A stretch of DNA of 64,000 bases, taken from the IMG/VR virus record IMGVR_UViG_3300027759_000051, one strand, 5' to 3'. Below, in pieces: positions 8,996-18,730 of this stretch; the first letter of the stretch is position 1, and each line of letters opens with the position of its first letter. The translations under genes and the position numbers were made by a program. Source of the DNA: a virus. Below the pieces are notes generated by a model. The model saw only the letters and a list, made by a program, of their open reading frames with translations. It did not search any database and was not told the origin of the DNA.

Positions 8996-9439
8996 TCATG
9001 ATAGCTGGAAATCTTGCACTCTCACCCAGTTTGGCTCTTTTCCATTCCAAGGAAAGAACCCGAGCATAGAGTTATCACTTGCCAAAATCACAAGTAGTCC
9101 ACCTTGACTAATGACGTAGACGTAATCTATCCAAGAGTCACTTAAGTTTTCAGGCGTGTACCACTCATCAGGGCTGCCCTGCTCTTCATTGCCAGCAATT
9201 CCGTAGCCCTCTACAACTTCCCAGCGAGACTCTTCAGGCTCTTCATTTGGTTGCCACGATTTAACAATAGACCAATAGAAATGGTCATCTACAAATGTCT
9301 TTACTGCTTTCTCGAATCCGTCACGTTGTACGATTTCCCAAATGTTTCTACCCTGATGTGAAGGGTATCCATCCCAATGGGCATAGCGCCCTTTCCAAGA
9401 GTCTCCATCCTGTTTTGCAATAACACTTCTAGTACCCAT
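8996..9439 (-). CDS. Hypothetical phage protein (MGTRS...HWDGYP type)
   Basis: Own promoter copy and SD; recurrent phage motif. Confidence 0.75.
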   Translation of the reverse strand: MGTRSVIAKQDGDSWKGRYAHWDGYPSHQGRNIWEIVQRDGFEKAVKTFVDDHFYWSIVKSWQPNEEPEESRWEVVEGYGIAGNEEQGSPDEWYTPENLSDSWIDYVYVISQGGLLVILASDNSMLGFFPWNGKEPNWVRVQDFQLS

Positions 9440-9496
9440 TTGTTCCCTTTCATAGTAGTTATTTATATCGTATCACTAGGAATAATCTATACCTAA

Positions 9497-9823
9497 TTAG
9501 CGAACATCCGTAATCGTGTAGATACTTGTTCCGTCTTTGCGCTTCGCAGACAAAATCCACGTAAGTAAATCTTCCTGCCAGAACTCACACGCTTTCATTG
9601 GGAGAAAGCACCCATCTTCTCTGTCCATAATGAGGTAGGTCATTGCTAATGGGTAGTTGCCAGCAGGGTTGTTGTGGAGTGTGTAAATAACTTCCCCATT
9701 TTGTGAAACTGTTGCTAGTAATTGGTAGCGACTCTTTGCCCCATGAAAGCGAATTTCTATCGCTTCATTCTGGTAGAACTTTGGAGCGTATCCAAGAACC
9801 TCGGAAAGATTTATAGTAGACAT
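9497..9823 (-). CDS. Hypothetical protein
   Basis: Own promoter copy and SD. Confidence 0.7.
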   Translation of the reverse strand: MSTINLSEVLGYAPKFYQNEAIEIRFHGAKSRYQLLATVSQNGEVIYTLHNNPAGNYPLAMTYLIMDREDGCFLPMKACEFWQEDLLTWILSAKRKDGTSIYTITDVR

Positions 9824-9877
9824 TTATTCCCCTTTGTTAGTAGTTGATGAAATTGTATCACAGTGAATAATCTATAC

Positions 9878-10063
9878 CTATTCTTCCACCACCGAAACCG
9901 TGACGGTCTGATGTGATGTGTACACTTCTATTGGTTCGTAATCGTGGTCGTAGAGTTCTTCGAGTTGAGCGTAGAGTGTTGCCTCTAGCGATGCGATGTG
10001 AAGATCGGTAAGCGCTCGGTCAGTAGTGAACTCGCCACTTATTTGGTATCGGACTAGAGCCAT
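9878..10063 (-). CDS. Hypothetical protein
   Basis: ORF coupled to the upstream small gene. Confidence 0.55.
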   Translation of the reverse strand: MALVRYQISGEFTTDRALTDLHIASLEATLYAQLEELYDHDYEPIEVYTSHQTVTVSVVEE

Positions 10064-10203
10064 TCTGCAATGTCCCCGTCTGCTATTTCGGAATAGTCAA
10101 GGTCATTGGCATCGGCTACTGCCTGCCAAAAAACATCTTCAGTGAGTGGCGATTCCCAATCAACGAAATCTTGCCATGCTTTTTTTGTAGTAGGTGTATT
10201 CAT
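10054..10203 (-). CDS. 49-aa acidic protein (not in ORF track)
   Basis: Promoter copy at 10241 and AAAGGGG SD; MNTPTTKKAWQDF...EWL*. Confidence 0.65.
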   Translation of the reverse strand: MNTPTTKKAWQDFVDWESPLTEDVFWQAVADANDLDYSEIADGDIAEWL

Positions 10204-10522
10204 AGTATCCCCTTTGGGTAGGTGTCTTACAGAATCAAATGTATCAGGGTGAATAATCTATACCTAGTTTTTTCGGTCTAGAAATTTCTCTTCCACCACC
10301 GTAGCTTAATTAAATACCTTTTTTATTTTTTAGCGGGGGCCTCGATATTGCTAGGGCAGCTCAGCTCGTCTCGAACCCGCCGGGATTCACCCGGAAGCCC
10401 CGTTCCAAAATTTGCCACTGAGCGAAGCGGGGCTCAGGATTGAGTTCGAGCGATATTCATAGCTGTTCGAGGATCCCGGTGTTCCCGAGCCGGGTATTGA
10501 CTTGGGCCTGGCCTGCGTCCGG

Positions 10523-10720
10523 CTATGCCGATAGCAGCGCATTGTTCTTGAGAGAAGCTAGGACTGCTTCCCACTTAAGAACGTCGGCCCTCAGTTTCCC
10601 GAGTAACGCAAGATCGTCATCATCAAAATAAATGGTGGTGTCATGTGCCCACCTATGCGCTTCTCTGCACCGCTCGACTAATGCCGCCACGTCTTCTATG
10701 TGTTTCTCTTCCGCTGTCAT
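10523..10720 (-). CDS. Hypothetical protein
   Basis: GAAAGGG SD. Confidence 0.6.
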   Translation of the reverse strand: MTAEEKHIEDVAALVERCREAHRWAHDTTIYFDDDDLALLGKLRADVLKWEAVLASLKNNALLSA

Positions 10721-10805
10721 AGCGCCCTTTCATTAGTAACTTAAGTGAGTCGGCCCTAAACCCCGACGGAATAGAGCCGACTCACAAATGAGTATATCGG
10801 CAGAA

Positions 10806-11279
10806 TTAGATCCTGCGCATTAAATGCTGGACTGCATTTGCTAAAGGCCCAACTGCTTCGCCTTCATCAACGACGACTTCATCCTGATCCTGAAAACGGA
10901 TAACGCTTGCCATATTGTCACGGCTTGCGCAAATGAATAAACGCACACGACGCTTCTCAGGGTGTTGGCTTGGTGGAGTATCTATTGAGTCCATTTGTTC
11001 TTTGTCGTAATCTTTAGGCAACGGTGCTGCCCAGCCACAAGTGACCAAACCGACTGCACCAAACCGACTGAGTTCTTTAGGATCAACACGATCTAAGAGA
11101 TCATAAACGTCATCACCTTGGGCAACGTCGGGATGAATGTTGTAAAAGTTCCCGTCACCATCAAGTGAGATACCGATAATGCTCGCATTTTCTAAAAAGA
11201 AACCCGACTCTCCATCAAGAGTCAAAGTGACGTGCATAATGCTTTCTGCTTTTTCTGCAATTTCCATAACTGTATTCAT
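10806..11279 (-). CDS. Hypothetical protein
   Basis: Own promoter copy and SD; followed by hairpin 10745-10785. Confidence 0.75.
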   Translation of the reverse strand: MNTVMEIAEKAESIMHVTLTLDGESGFFLENASIIGISLDGDGNFYNIHPDVAQGDDVYDLLDRVDPKELSRFGAVGLVTCGWAAPLPKDYDKEQMDSIDTPPSQHPEKRRVRLFICASRDNMASVIRFQDQDEVVVDEGEAVGPLANAVQHLMRRI

Positions 11280-11442
11280 ATATTCCCCTTACCTAGTAGT
11301 TGCTTACCTAATTATCGTACCACTACGAATAACCTATTCCTAATTTTGCTAGAACCATCGAGTGTGTCGGCGGCCGGTACGGGGCTTCCGCATCAATAGC
11401 TTTGCGTTCGCGTCGAGTGGCAGCGGGCATCACCGGTCCGGC

Positions 11443-11658
11443 TTAGGTGAATGTTGCGGAGCCGATATCTAACTCAGTGACACAGCACCCGAAGTACTCA
11501 AGAAGTTTTTCCGGAGTTTCGGTGCTTTCAATAATTGCACCAATTTCCATGAGGTGGTTATATGCGAACTTGGCCGCAAGGCTCATGGCTTCGCTCTCCG
11601 TTGTTGCGCATGCCATGACCTCATACTTCAGTGGGATAGTGGCAACGTAAACTTTCAC
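11443..11658 (-). CDS. Hypothetical protein
   Basis: AAAGGAG SD, GTG start. Confidence 0.6.
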   Translation of the reverse strand: MKVYVATIPLKYEVMACATTESEAMSLAAKFAYNHLMEIGAIIESTETPEKLLEYFGCCVTELDIGSATFT

Positions 11659-11822
11659 TTGCTCTCCTTTAATTTCTTTTTAGTTTCGTCCATGTGGTCA
11701 AACATCTCTGATGTTGTGGCGAACCCCGAGAATGCTTGAGTGGTTGCCCGACCTATTTGGTCTAATCCGTAGTAGCCCCAGCCGTCTGTGTCTTTGATGA
11801 TTTTGTATGATGTTGTACTCAT
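11655..11822 (-). CDS. 55-aa leaderless protein (not in ORF track)
   Basis: TACAGT-N6-ATG directly after a promoter copy. Confidence 0.65.
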   Translation of the reverse strand: MSTTSYKIIKDTDGWGYYGLDQIGRATTQAFSGFATTSEMFDHMDETKKKLKESK

Positions 11823-11976
11823 GCCTTCACTGTATCAGTACGAATAATCTATTCCTAATCCATTAAAAAGCTTGGCTCGAATTGCTGCCGTGAGCCCCGA
11901 TGGGGACTGTTCCGGAAATTAGGTACAGATTATTCACGGTGGTACAGTTGTGTTGTAACCAACGGAAAGGGAATAT

Positions 11977-12249
11977 ATGAAAGTAACTAACTTAGAAGTT
12001 TCGCAGCACGGCTGGCTCGGAGAAATGATCCACGCTGAAGTTGAGTCAAGCGTCATCCTCAAGTTCTACTGGTCAAATATTACTGGTGATGACGATCTAG
12101 TGGTCACGTTTAAGAGTGGCGCTCGTTACCGCTACCACAACGTGCCCATACTTGTTTTCATCCAACTGATCTCATCCGACAGCGTTGGTGAGACGTTTAA
12201 TAAAATTGTTCGCAACAATTACGAATACTATTTAGTGCCTGCTAATTAG
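11977..12249 (+). CDS. KTSC domain protein 1
   Basis: 'V.SS.I...Y......L.VTFKSG.RY.Y.NVP...F..L..SDSVG..FN..VR..Y'. Confidence 0.9.
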   Translation: MKVTNLEVSQHGWLGEMIHAEVESSVILKFYWSNITGDDDLVVTFKSGARYRYHNVPILVFIQLISSDSVGETFNKIVRNNYEYYLVPAN

Positions 12250-12269
12250 TAACGGCAGCAAAAGCTCTA

Positions 12270-12309
12270 GGGCTAGTGGTCACTCCCCCCGACCACTAGC
12301 CCTTTTTTG
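12270..12309 (+). terminator. Intrinsic terminator with C-rich loop
   Basis: GGGCTAGTGGTC...GACCACTAGCCC followed by T-run. Confidence 0.8.
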
Positions 12310-12434
12310 TTTTTCGAGTTCTCAAAGGCGGGGCTACATAGCGCGAGTCCAGCTTCGCGGGCCGGTGCCGATTTATAGGAATAGATTATTCTCTGCGGTA
12401 TAGTGAAGGTAACTACTAACGAAGGGAAATAGAA

Positions 12435-12686
12435 GTGGCAACATACATAGATTTTATTACTGAGGTTCTTGAGATCACTAGCAATGTTGAAGGGTCGGGA
12501 TTATCTGCTGAAGTAGAGATCGTAATTTATAAATACAAAAACTATTTCAACACGACCCCGGTCCCCGAGAGCGTTGCGAAGTGGGTCGGTGATCTTTACG
12601 ACCTTCTTGACAATTGCGAAGGCTCAGAGTTAGAGCGTGAATTAGGAGAAATTGAATCACCACTAAAAGCAACTAGCGGAAGGTAA
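12435..12686 (+). CDS. Hypothetical protein
   Basis: Promoter copy and SD. Confidence 0.65.
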   Translation: MATYIDFITEVLEITSNVEGSGLSAEVEIVIYKYKNYFNTTPVPESVAKWVGDLYDLLDNCEGSELERELGEIESPLKATSGR

Positions 12687-12688
12687 TT

Positions 12689-13015
12689 ATGAAAACTCAA
12701 AATGATGACAAAAAATTTGCTTATGCAAAAATGTTTGCCGATGAAACTATCTCTAATCATTGGCTACCTAATGACATGGCCGTTGATGTACACGGCGGCG
12801 AACCGATCTCACGAAAAGAATACATTGATGAATTACTTGAGTGGGAATTACGTGGCTCAATGACAACAGATTATTTTGTTTCACGTCTTACTGATGGCCT
12901 AGAGAAATTCTCTGCTGAAGCAGAATTCTTTTATGACGAAGAAGACAGCGCGCCAATAGATGACATCGTAGATATTTATTTCAAATTACTAAAGGAGTCA
13001 GCGCATGGAGAATGA
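12689..13015 (+). CDS. Acidic hypothetical protein
   Basis: ORF in operon. Confidence 0.65.
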   Translation: MKTQNDDKKFAYAKMFADETISNHWLPNDMAVDVHGGEPISRKEYIDELLEWELRGSMTTDYFVSRLTDGLEKFSAEAEFFYDEEDSAPIDDIVDIYFKLLKESAHGE

Positions 13016-13166
13016 AGTGTGCGAAGTGTGCAAAGAGAAAGTCACCTACTGCTCTTGTTGGCGTTGCGTCATTTGCGGAGCCATGTATGACGAAGACGCC
13101 GGCCCAGCGGCGATAAGTGAAGAAGGCTACTGCGATGAGTGTCATATGGAGGAGTACGGAGTCTAA
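13005..13166 (+). CDS. Cys-rich zinc-finger protein (not in ORF track)
   Basis: MENEVCEVCKEKVTYCSCWRCVICGAMYDE...CDEC; AAAGGAG SD; paralog of 8811-8972. Confidence 0.7.
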   Translation: MENEVCEVCKEKVTYCSCWRCVICGAMYDEDAGPAAISEEGYCDECHMEEYGV

Positions 13167-13295
13167 GCGCGTAGCTCGACGCTGATCCCGGTGTTCGAGT
13201 TCCCGTCATGAGCCCCGCCCTCAAGCTTTGCGGAAATTAGGTATAGATTATTCGCCGTGATACAGTTACGGTATAGCCAAACGGAAAGGGAATAT

Positions 13296-13571
13296 ATGAA
13301 CAAGGTAACATACTTCAACTCAAATAATTTCGGTGACAGCGTTTCAATGATGGCATTCGTGGAGTCAAGCACAATTGAGTTTGCTTACTGGTCAAACATT
13401 GTAGAAAAAGGTGGCTCAATGGTTATCAGGTTTTGGAGTGGCAAAGAGTACATCTACAAAAACGTAAGAGCATCTGCTTTTTCAACACTCATCTCGGCGG
13501 ACAGCGTCGGCAAAAAGTTCAATGAAATAATTCGTGGTCAATACGAATATGAATTGAAGCCTGCCGAATAA
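13296..13571 (+). CDS. KTSC domain protein 2
   Basis: KTSC motif; start reset to the ATG after promoter and SD. Confidence 0.9.
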   Translation: MNKVTYFNSNNFGDSVSMMAFVESSTIEFAYWSNIVEKGGSMVIRFWSGKEYIYKNVRASAFSTLISADSVGKKFNEIIRGQYEYELKPAE

Positions 13572-13799
13572 CGCAACGGCAGCACAACTTAATAACCCGT
13601 GTGGTCTTAACTGGCCCGCGGGTTATTTCCATTTCCCGGCTTCGAGGCATTGAGCTACTGCAGTCGGGGCTATAGCTTGTGCGCCGGATGTTCGAGCTAT
13701 CGCTGCATCGGTGGAGCCCCGCCTATCATCTTCGCTAAAGTTCGGGATAGATTATTCACCGTGATATGGTTATGTCATAGCCAAGCGAAAGGGAAAGTA

Positions 13800-14069
13800 A
13801 TGAAAAACGTACTTTATTTCAACTCGAATAATCACGGTAGTGAAGTAGCAATGAGCGCAATGGTGGAGTCAAGCACCGTTCTTTTTGTTTACTGGTCAAA
13901 CATTGCAAACAAAGATGGTGCAATGGTCATCACCTTTAAGAACGGTAGTCGTTACCGCTACGAAAACGTAGAGTCTGATACTTTTGCGAAACTCATTTCC
14001 GCAGAAAGTGTTGGCAAAAAGTTTAACGAAATAATCAAAGGCAAATACGAATATCAACTAACCGAATAA
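13800..14069 (+). CDS. KTSC domain protein 3
   Basis: KTSC motif; start reset; terminator at 14082-14122. Confidence 0.9.
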   Translation: MKNVLYFNSNNHGSEVAMSAMVESSTVLFVYWSNIANKDGAMVITFKNGSRYRYENVESDTFAKLISAESVGKKFNEIIKGKYEYQLTE

Positions 14070-14239
14070 AAAAGTAAAACTAAATACCCAACGTGCTGCC
14101 GTGTGCGTTGGGTATTTTTTTGTTTCGAGTTATGCATTTTTAATTAGTGCCGACGGGGCTACAACGCATACCCGGCATTCGAGCCGCCGTGTGGCTAGCT
14201 AAATGCGGTATAGATTATTCATGGTGATATTCTTATGGC

Positions 14240-14452
14240 ATGACAACAACACAGAAAACACAGCAGGTAATAGTCAAACTAACTAATGAGAACGGCGTAG
14301 TTATCGGGTCATTTAATTTTCACGATAAAGAGGCAATGGCAGAGCAGTGGTCATTCGCAATGCTCGGGCACGAAACAAAAAATGGAACCGTATGCCTTGC
14401 GCAAATTATTGACGACGAAACGGGCAAGTTGCTAAATGAGTTTGAGTTTTAG
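14240..14452 (+). CDS. Leaderless hypothetical protein
   Basis: TATTCT-N6-ATG. Confidence 0.7.
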   Translation: MTTTQKTQQVIVKLTNENGVVIGSFNFHDKEAMAEQWSFAMLGHETKNGTVCLAQIIDDETGKLLNEFEF

Positions 14453-14518
14453 CAACTAACTTTTTGAGGCATACGCAATAATCGCCGATAAAATAAAACA
14501 ACTAATGAAAGGGAAAAT

Positions 14519-14941
14519 ATGAAGACATCACAAATTGTATCTACGGGGACTATGACAAATAGTTGCACTTGCACTGTCTACGATAGTGACAGTGGGGAAT
14601 ATACCGATGAACCTGCAGCGGAGTGCTACGGCGATTGTTGGGAATACGTCATAGAAGACTTTACGATGGTTACCGAAGAATTGCGAGACAACAACGAAAC
14701 TAATTGGTGGCGTGTTGAGAACTTGCAGTTATGGAATAGGCAAGCATCGGGCATGTTTCATGCGAAGACAGTTGCAGACATAATTCGAGGCATGACAGTG
14801 GATAGTGAATGGACGATGCGCTACACAGTCTTCAGTGACAGAATTGAATACTCACTAAGTCACCACGATGCGCCAATGGGTAGTAACTCAACACTACGTG
14901 CAGTGACTGAAGAGCAACGTGAAGAATGGGGACTCTACTAA
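14519..14941 (+). CDS. Hypothetical protein
   Basis: GAAAGGG SD; 'SHHDAPMG' motif. Confidence 0.75.
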   Translation: MKTSQIVSTGTMTNSCTCTVYDSDSGEYTDEPAAECYGDCWEYVIEDFTMVTEELRDNNETNWWRVENLQLWNRQASGMFHAKTVADIIRGMTVDSEWTMRYTVFSDRIEYSLSHHDAPMGSNSTLRAVTEEQREEWGLY

Positions 14942-15143
14942 TAGTCTCAACGTCTCTAGTTCACGTGGCCGCCAACCGCGTAAGCTAGAGATACTAACCC
15001 CCGGCGTTCGAGTAAAGCTGAGCCCGGCCCCCGAAGCCCCGTCATCTACTCTTATCATTCGAGCGGCGTTGTGATTCTTCGAGGATTAGGAATAGATTAT
15101 TCATAGTGATACGATTATTTCATAACTACTAATAGGAGAACTA

Positions 15144-15383
15144 ATGAAACTCAATACAGTTGAAGCAAGCCAATTCGTTCTAAGTGAATACGGCTCAATT
15201 CTTGGTAAGACAATTATGGCAATACGTCCAATGAACCCCACCGAAATTGAATTGTTTGGTTGGGGCGAAGGTTGGGGCGGTGTGCCTATGGTGATCATCT
15301 TGAGTGACGGCACCGCAATTGTTCCATCTGCAGATCCTGAAGGAAATGGGCCTGGTCATCTATTCTTGGAAAAAGCGGAATAG
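15144..15383 (+). CDS. Hypothetical protein (D.EGNGPG type)
   Basis: Promoter copy and SD. Confidence 0.7.
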   Translation: MKLNTVEASQFVLSEYGSILGKTIMAIRPMNPTEIELFGWGEGWGGVPMVIILSDGTAIVPSADPEGNGPGHLFLEKAE

Positions 15384-15409
15384 ATTATTCGTAGTGGTAA
15401 GGTGAATAT

Positions 15410-15688
15410 ATGGAAACTAAACATATGACAGTTGATTTATTACCCGATGGCAGCGACGCTTTAGAAGGCGCATTCGTTGCGAGCAATTACTACGGTGGGC
15501 AATTCACCGCTCTTTATGCACTATCGAGTGCAGGTAATTTGGAGTTGTATAAAGGTGAAGGCTTACTACGTTTGCGTTGCGAACTATCCGAAGCAATTAA
15601 GAGTGCTGAAGATATGGGAGAGATAGAAGACATTCACCCGATGCAGGCTCTGCTTACTTGGGTAGACAATGAACTATGGGGGCAATAA
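15410..15688 (+). CDS. Leaderless hypothetical protein
   Basis: TAAGGT-N6-ATG. Confidence 0.7.
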   Translation: METKHMTVDLLPDGSDALEGAFVASNYYGGQFTALYALSSAGNLELYKGEGLLRLRCELSEAIKSAEDMGEIEDIHPMQALLTWVDNELWGQ

Positions 15689-15942
15689 TGAAAACAGCAA
15701 ACGAAATTAAAGTAGGGCAGTTGGCCGGGCTCGGGTACAGCGTTCTTCGAGTGAAAGATCTTGAGACATTCGCCGATGGGCGTGTGCGTTCAGTTGTCTT
15801 ATGCGAAAATAAGCACGCAGATAATAAGTACGTAACGTGGTTTGCGTACTCTCACCCTTGCGGCGATAGGCATTATGAGTCGGGCGTGTACTGTCAAGAT
15901 TATGAGCGCGCATATGGCTGGTATGAAATGCGTGGTGGCTGA
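15688..15942 (+). CDS. Hypothetical protein
   Basis: TAATG coupling. Confidence 0.6.
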   Translation: MKTANEIKVGQLAGLGYSVLRVKDLETFADGRVRSVVLCENKHADNKYVTWFAYSHPCGDRHYESGVYCQDYERAYGWYEMRGG

Positions 15943-16038
15943 GCTCTTACGCATTCATCGAGCAGGCACGCATTCACCGACTGGGTCGGGGCTCCGGTAT
16001 ATGGGTAGCTCGAGCGCCGTAGAGCCCCGCACGGATAG

Positions 16039-16054
16039 TGTTCCACGTGGAACA
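16039..16054. promoter_or_regulatory. parS site (TGTTCCACGTGGAACA)
   Basis: Perfect 16-bp palindrome matching the bacterial ParB-binding consensus TGTTNCACGTGNAACA; intergenic. Confidence 0.8.
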
Positions 16055-16122
16055 ATTAGGTATAGGTTATTCACGGTGATACAGTTATCTCAAGACAGGC
16101 AATACTTATTGAAAGGGAAATT

Positions 16123-16398
16123 ATGAACCAACTCAAAGAACTTCCAACAGATGCAGCAATTTCTTACATTGACTTTCGTCTTGCTCAACTTGACGTTCAC
16201 ATCAAAGCTCACGCTTACAACGTGGAAGTTTCTTCCAGTGACATCAAGAAGAAATTAGATCTCGAACAAAATCATCACACTGGCTTCGCCGTTAAAGATT
16301 TGCTTTCTTCGCTCAGCGAAAAAGTTCATCAACTCAGCCTTCTTCATGCCGAGTATCAAGGATTGGTTTTGGCAAAGCGAGAAATCGCAGGAGAGTGA
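16123..16398 (+). CDS. Coiled-coil hypothetical protein
   Basis: Promoter copy and SD. Confidence 0.7.
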   Translation: MNQLKELPTDAAISYIDFRLAQLDVHIKAHAYNVEVSSSDIKKKLDLEQNHHTGFAVKDLLSSLSEKVHQLSLLHAEYQGLVLAKREIAGE

Positions 16399-16458
16399 GT
16401 TAGGGATAGATTATCCTTGGCGATACAATTCATTTATCAACAACAAGAAAGGGAATAC

Positions 16459-16803
16459 ATGTCAGAAGATTTTCGGATCAAAGTTCAAAGCGCATTTGAT
16501 GCAGGAGTAATCATTGGAGACGGGCATACATTGTTCGCACCCGAGTACTACGCTCCGCACTTCACTGCAGATGAACTTGCTAAAGCACGTCTCATTCAGA
16601 AGCATGAGTCAGACGGAACAAACAAGGGAAGCATTATGGCTCCCGACGGTTCATTTATTCAAGAACTCGAAGCCGTTTACAACCTTGACTTTCTTTACTG
16701 GGTCTCGGAAGAACTTGGAGTTACAGAAAACACTTCAGCAATTGGCAGAGGCTCGCAGGCTCAACAACTTGTTGGGTTTATCAGCAAGGCTCTAGCCGCC
16801 TAA
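16459..16803 (+). CDS. Hypothetical protein
   Basis: Promoter copy and SD; terminator at ~16824-16860. Confidence 0.7.
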   Translation: MSEDFRIKVQSAFDAGVIIGDGHTLFAPEYYAPHFTADELAKARLIQKHESDGTNKGSIMAPDGSFIQELEAVYNLDFLYWVSEELGVTENTSAIGRGSQAQQLVGFISKALAA

Positions 16804-17016
16804 AGCAAATATTTAATTCATGAAAAGGTGGGCGCTCTTGCCGGGGCGTCCGCCTTTTTTGTTAACTCAAAGTATCCGGAATTTGAATGCATGCGATTCA
16901 CATCCCGATGCGGGGCTACGCAGTAGCAGCTTCGCAGCAGTATTCGAGAGTTAGGTACAGATTATTCGTACTGGTAGAGTTATGTCGTTACCAAGTTACT
17001 AACGAAAGGGAATACT

Positions 17017-17424
17017 ATGAGCACAAAGCCAATGAACGTTAAGGTGAGTACGTTAAAACTCATCACCGCACTTGAAGGTGCACTTGCTAAGCGACAGAAA
17101 GAAGTCGCAGATTACAAGAAAGCAAGAGAAGCCTACGAAAAAGAGCACTTAGCTTTTGAGAAGTCTCTTGTGAAACTTGTCGGTACAAACAAACTCACCC
17201 TGAAGTCATCACGAGTCCAAGACAACTGGAGAGAGGAACTGAAAGAAGTGACCCTTACCTTCAACCTCTCGGCAAGCGTGAAACTACCCGAAGCACCCGA
17301 CCACATTGGTCACTACCACGATAATCAGATTGAGGAAATCTCAAACGCTATCGCTATCCTGAAAATGACAGACGACGAGTACGTCGGCACAAGCACCTAC
17401 AAGGGCGTGGCTCGGTACCTCTGA
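17017..17424 (+). CDS. Hypothetical coiled-coil protein
   Basis: Promoter copy and SD. Confidence 0.75.
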   Translation: MSTKPMNVKVSTLKLITALEGALAKRQKEVADYKKAREAYEKEHLAFEKSLVKLVGTNKLTLKSSRVQDNWREELKEVTLTFNLSASVKLPEAPDHIGHYHDNQIEEISNAIAILKMTDDEYVGTSTYKGVARYL

Positions 17425-17599
17425 GTTCACTCCCCGACCTGAGCAAGTCGTGAAACTACTCACCCCACTCATTCGAGCGGCCAACGCTCTGCGAGCGCCG
17501 GGAATATATTAATGGCGGGGCTTCCGGATGCGAATCTAGCTCCCGGTGGTTTCTTTTAAATATAAAGATACGATAAATAGAAATACAAAAGGAGAAAAT

Positions 17600-17767
17600 A
17601 TGGGACACTACTTTGCCACCGATGGAAGCTATGGAGATCTGCACGGTCTAGTTGTTTGCGATACCGAAAGCTGGACAGAAGAAGAATGGCAGCAGATCGA
17701 GGACGCAAGCGATAGCGAAAGGTCATCTATCGCTCTTGCGATTAGCAATAGTAAAAAAGCGGAATAG
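17600..17767 (+). CDS. Small acidic protein
   Basis: AAAGGAG SD; MGHYFATDGSYG. Confidence 0.6.
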   Translation: MGHYFATDGSYGDLHGLVVCDTESWTEEEWQQIEDASDSERSSIALAISNSKKAE

Positions 17768-17815
17768 GTTATTCATAAAGATACACTTGGTTAGTTACTA
17801 AACGAAAGGGAAAAT

Positions 17816-18331
17816 ATGGGACTAGATAATATTCCGAAACAGTATCCTTGCAAAACTGGGGGAACTGCAGTTATGAAACCACGACTAGATAAAGATGGCG
17901 TGGCTCTAAAAGAAGATGATGGCTCCACAATGATGGTGATTGACTGCCAAGTAACACAAGCATTTGGCGGATGCCCATACACAAGAGAACTCGACAAACA
18001 AGACAAGACTCTGCTCGGCAATCCAGTTCACGGAATGTTTGGCACAGACTGCTGGTATCGGGGAAAGTATGGAAACTATCTCTTGGAAGAAATTGGCTAC
18101 GACGGAACTGATGACTTGTCATTTTATGGCGACAACGAAGATGGAACAGAGAAATCAAAAGCCTCATGCCTCACTCTCGCTAATTGCATTGACGAAACAC
18201 TCTTGGAGTCTTGCGATAAGAACGGTCACCTCATGGTGAACGGCGAAGATATTGCACCTGACCTACGATATGCAGAGTGGTATCTGAAATGGGCAGCAGA
18301 GTTTACTGATGGTTTAGTTTGCTGGTATTAG
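17816..18331 (+). CDS. Hypothetical protein (MGLD-start type)
   Basis: Promoter copy and SD. Confidence 0.75.
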   Translation: MGLDNIPKQYPCKTGGTAVMKPRLDKDGVALKEDDGSTMMVIDCQVTQAFGGCPYTRELDKQDKTLLGNPVHGMFGTDCWYRGKYGNYLLEEIGYDGTDDLSFYGDNEDGTEKSKASCLTLANCIDETLLESCDKNGHLMVNGEDIAPDLRYAEWYLKWAAEFTDGLVCWY

Positions 18332-18730
18332 TTACTCGCTTGCTACGGCATCACATTAGAGCGCGGTAGTTATAAAATAAAACTATTTATTTTTGTCACC
18401 GGGTATTAGCTTGCACAGAATAATAAAAGCCACCACAAATCCGGCAATGCAAGCGATAGATACCACGTGACGAATGGTACATCAAAATAAGATACACGCG
18501 TTGCAACACGTATCGCATAGGATAAGATCAACACCAGGCACTGCCGCACTTCATCTGCTCCCCACCGCAGACTGAGCGCAAGCCTGTCGGGGCCAGTTCT
18601 CTACCCTTCGAGGACTGGCCCCATTTTTCTCTTTAAGCCCCGTGCCGAGTACTAGCTGCGTGTTGTGTGGAAATTCGGTATAGATTATCCGTGTTGATAC
18701 AATTAGGGCAAGCCAAACGAAAGGGAAAAA

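Larger units (their letters stand above)
758..10302 (+). repeat. Dispersed polarised 14-mer TCTTCCACCACCGT, 7 copies
   Basis: Copies at 758, 1416, 2422, 3647, 7073, 9882 (13/14) and 10289, all on the same strand; none noticed beyond 10.3 kb. Confidence 0.9.
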
